Positions 61,488-64,000 of a stretch of DNA of 64,000 bases are shown piece after piece. The translations under genes and the position numbers were made by a program. The DNA is from an uncultured Rhodospirillaceae bacterium (GTDB lineage Bacteria > Pseudomonadota > Alphaproteobacteria > UBA7887), in NCBI GenBank assembly GCA_964515905.1, contig CAZEWK010000089.1:13719-77718 (forward strand). The letters are read 5' to 3'. Under the pieces are notes generated by a model that worked only from the letters and a program-made list of their open reading frames with translations, was not told the origin of the DNA and searched no databases. Position 1 is the stretch's first letter; every line of letters starts with the position of its first letter.

Positions 61488-62639
61488 ATGCTAAAATCCG
61501 ATCTAAAACACTCCATGAAGTCCAAATCGGCTACGAGAAGTCCGAAACAGGCCCAAACTAATGGTCGCATTGCCTTAATCGGCCTTGATAAACCTTCTTT
61601 TAAGTCTGCGCTGACTACGCTCGGGGAACCGCCCTTTAGAGCCAAACAACTTTGGCATTGGATTTATTATCGAGGCGCTAAAACTTTTGAAGAAATGACT
61701 ACCCTTCCCAAAGCACTTCGTTATCGTTTGACCGAAACATGCGACATCAGTCGACCTTCTATTAATCAATCCCACCATAGTGACGATGGATCACACAAAT
61801 GGCTGTTAAGCTTTTCTGATGGACGAGAGGTAGAGTGCGTCCATATACCTGAAGAAGACAGGGGTGCTTTATGCATTTCCTCTCAAGTCGGGTGCACTCT
61901 TACTTGCAAATTTTGTCACACTGGCACCCAAAAGTTAGTCCGCAATCTCAAAGCAGGGGAAATTGTGAACCAATTTCTTATTGCTCGAGACGAAATCGGC
62001 GAGTGGCCCACACCAAAGGACGGGCGAATGATTTCAAATATCGTTATGATGGGAATGGGAGAACCACTGTATAACTTTGAAAACGTTGCTTGTGCGCTAA
62101 AAATTCTCATGGATGGAGAAGGAATTGCCCTATCCCGTCGAAGAATTACTTTGTCGACTGCGGGCATAGTTCCTCTTATAGAGCGGTGTGGACTAGAACT
62201 GGGAGTGAATTTAGCGGTCTCGCTGCACGCTGTGGAAGATAGCTTGCGTGATCAAATAGTACCTATCAACAGAAAATATCCCATTTCGACCCTTCTGGAA
62301 GTGTGCCGAAATTACCCATCTGGGCGCAACTCTCGACGGATAACGTTTGAATACGTAATGTTAAAGGGGGTCAATGATTCAAATTCTGACGCCCACAAAC
62401 TTGTTCGTTTATTGCAAGGAATTCCTGCTAAAGTTAATCTGATCCCCTTCAATGCATGGCCTGGCGCACCTTTTGAGTGCTCCAGCAACAATCGCATGCA
62501 CGCTTTTGCCAACATCGTGAATGATGGTGGGTACTCCGCGCCGATACGTATACCCCGCGGACGGGATATTTTAGCCGCATGCGGACAATTGAAATCTGCA
62601 AGTGAAAGAAGCAAAAGGCAAGCCACTCAATTGAATTGA
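61488..62639 (+). CDS. rlmN: 23S rRNA (adenine2503-C2)-methyltransferase RlmN (radical SAM)
   Basis: 383 aa. CISSQVGCTLTCKFCHTG radical-SAM CxxxCxxC and the downstream GMGEPL motif. Confidence 0.9.
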   Translation: MLKSDLKHSMKSKSATRSPKQAQTNGRIALIGLDKPSFKSALTTLGEPPFRAKQLWHWIYYRGAKTFEEMTTLPKALRYRLTETCDISRPSINQSHHSDDGSHKWLLSFSDGREVECVHIPEEDRGALCISSQVGCTLTCKFCHTGTQKLVRNLKAGEIVNQFLIARDEIGEWPTPKDGRMISNIVMMGMGEPLYNFENVACALKILMDGEGIALSRRRITLSTAGIVPLIERCGLELGVNLAVSLHAVEDSLRDQIVPINRKYPISTLLEVCRNYPSGRNSRRITFEYVMLKGVNDSNSDAHKLVRLLQGIPAKVNLIPFNAWPGAPFECSSNNRMHAFANIVNDGGYSAPIRIPRGRDILAACGQLKSASERSKRQATQLN

Positions 62640-62674
62640 GCTACAAAGTGGTTTTTAGATTAGGGTGAAATTAT

Positions 62675-63880
62675 ATGGCCAAACTATCGAAAGTTGTGCT
62701 CGCTTATTCCGGTGGCCTTGATACGTCCGTGATACTGCGATGGCTTCAGGAAACCTATGACTGCGAGGTAGTTACCTTTACTGCTGACCTTGGCCAAGGA
62801 GAAGAATTGTCAGTTGCAAAAGCCAAGGCAACTGGGATGGGCGTCAAACAAATCTATGTTGAGGATTTACGAGAAGAATTTGTTAAAGAGTATGTGTTCC
62901 CGATGTTTCGGGCTAATGCACTTTATGAAGGAACTTATTTGTTGGGTACAGCCATTGCTAGGCCACTGATAGCCAAGAGACAAATTGAGATAGCCCAGCA
63001 TGTAGGAGCAGATGCAGTGGCTCATGGTGCTACTGGGAAAGGAAATGATCAGGTCCGATTTGAGATTGGGTGCTACGCTTTAAATCCAGATATAAGGATA
63101 ATCGCCCCGTGGCGAGAATGGTCACTGGATTCCAGGTCCGACCTAATTAGGTACGCGGAAAAACATCAAATCCCCATTCCAACTGATAAACGGGGGGAAC
63201 CACCATATTCAACAGATGCAAATCTTCTACATATATCTTACGAAGGCAAAGCCCTCGAAGATCCATGGTTGGCGCCGGACGAAGAGATGTTCACGCGCAG
63301 CGTAAGTCCGATTGTAGCGCCAGATCATCCAACATCGATTGAAATTGGTTTTGAAAATGGAGATCCAGTATCTGTAAATGGTCAAAATCTCTCTCCAGCA
63401 ACACTCCTAGAGACATTGAACCAGGTGGCCGGTGCAAATGGTATAGGAAGAATGGATATCGTTGAAAGCCGTTTTGTAGGCATGAAGTCGCGGGGGGTGT
63501 ATGAGACACCCGGTGGCACGATTTTGTTGTCAGCCCACCGTGCCATAGAAAGCATTACTCTTGATCGAAAGGAAATTCATTTGAAAGATGAAATTATGCC
63601 TCGATACGCCGAATTAATTTATGACGGTTTTTGGTGGTCCCCAGAGAGAAGAATGCTGCAGGTTGCCATAGATGAAACGCAAAAATACGTAAATGGAACC
63701 GTTCGGCTCAAATTGTATAAAGGAAATGTCATAGTGGAAGGGCGGCGCTCCCCTAATGACGTGTATGATAAAGAACTTGTAACTTTCGAGTCCGACCACA
63801 TTTACAACCAGGCGGATGCAGAAGGATTTATTCGGTTAAATGCTCTGAGATTACGTACTTTGAAAAAAAGTAGAGGCTGA
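62675..63880 (+). CDS. argG: argininosuccinate synthase
   Basis: 401 aa. [15 protein letters not shown]-loop, ...[11 protein letters not shown]... and C-terminal domain. Confidence 0.95.
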   Translation: MAKLSKVVLAYSGGLDTSVILRWLQETYDCEVVTFTADLGQGEELSVAKAKATGMGVKQIYVEDLREEFVKEYVFPMFRANALYEGTYLLGTAIARPLIAKRQIEIAQHVGADAVAHGATGKGNDQVRFEIGCYALNPDIRIIAPWREWSLDSRSDLIRYAEKHQIPIPTDKRGEPPYSTDANLLHISYEGKALEDPWLAPDEEMFTRSVSPIVAPDHPTSIEIGFENGDPVSVNGQNLSPATLLETLNQVAGANGIGRMDIVESRFVGMKSRGVYETPGGTILLSAHRAIESITLDRKEIHLKDEIMPRYAELIYDGFWWSPERRMLQVAIDETQKYVNGTVRLKLYKGNVIVEGRRSPNDVYDKELVTFESDHIYNQADAEGFIRLNALRLRTLKKSRG

Positions 63881-64000
63881 AAGCCCAGGATAGATCAGTT
63901 ACGTGCACCTGCCACTATAAATTTATAGTTTTCAATAAACTTAACGACAATTTTGCCTTGCCACAGTGGACGAAAGATCTGGACGCAACAGAACCGGATC

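Overview
This 64-kb window reads as a chromosomal segment from a proteobacterium, probably an alphaproteobacterium. That guess is an inference from gene content: a System I cytochrome c maturation operon, IalB, DUF3429 and DUF6494 proteins, an IlvE-type aminotransferase and a divergent aspartate aminotransferase pair. Coding density is about 90%. I could not identify any rRNA, tRNA, CRISPR array, transposase or integrase.

Housekeeping blocks:
- A complete ccmABCDEFGHI operon on the minus strand (13.3-20.4 kb).
- Molybdenum cofactor genes moaE-moaD-moeA-mobB followed by pgsA.
- uvrC and uvrB flanking a small pterin island (folB plus an SDR pteridine reductase).
- trxB, a LysR regulator, mtnA, rlmN, argG, cspA and an acetoacetyl-CoA synthetase.

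Less ordinary content:
1. A saxitoxin-like sxtJ/sxtK(DUF5989)/carbamoyltransferase trio at the 5' end. The DUF5989 protein carries a Cys-rich tail.
2. A moaD gene interrupted by an in-frame TAG, with the conserved ...FPPVTGG C-terminus still encoded downstream in frame.
3. A tightly coupled minus-strand operon encoding a BchC-like dehydrogenase, a degenerate 6-pyruvoyl-tetrahydropterin-synthase-like protein, a GT4 glycosyltransferase and a SAM methyltransferase. Next to it sits an overlapping creatininase-family and RibD-C reductase pair, plus a separate pterin-4a-carbinolamine dehydratase. Together these hint at an uncharacterised pterin-derived metabolite pathway.
4. A locus that looks like cyclic beta-glucan synthesis and decoration: a CDP-alcohol phosphatidyltransferase, YceI, an LtaS/EptA-like membrane transferase and an NdvB-like GH17-GT2 fusion.
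5. An SbmA/BacA peptide importer next to a secreted pentapeptide-repeat protein.
6. Short exact DNA repeats in two intergenic regions.
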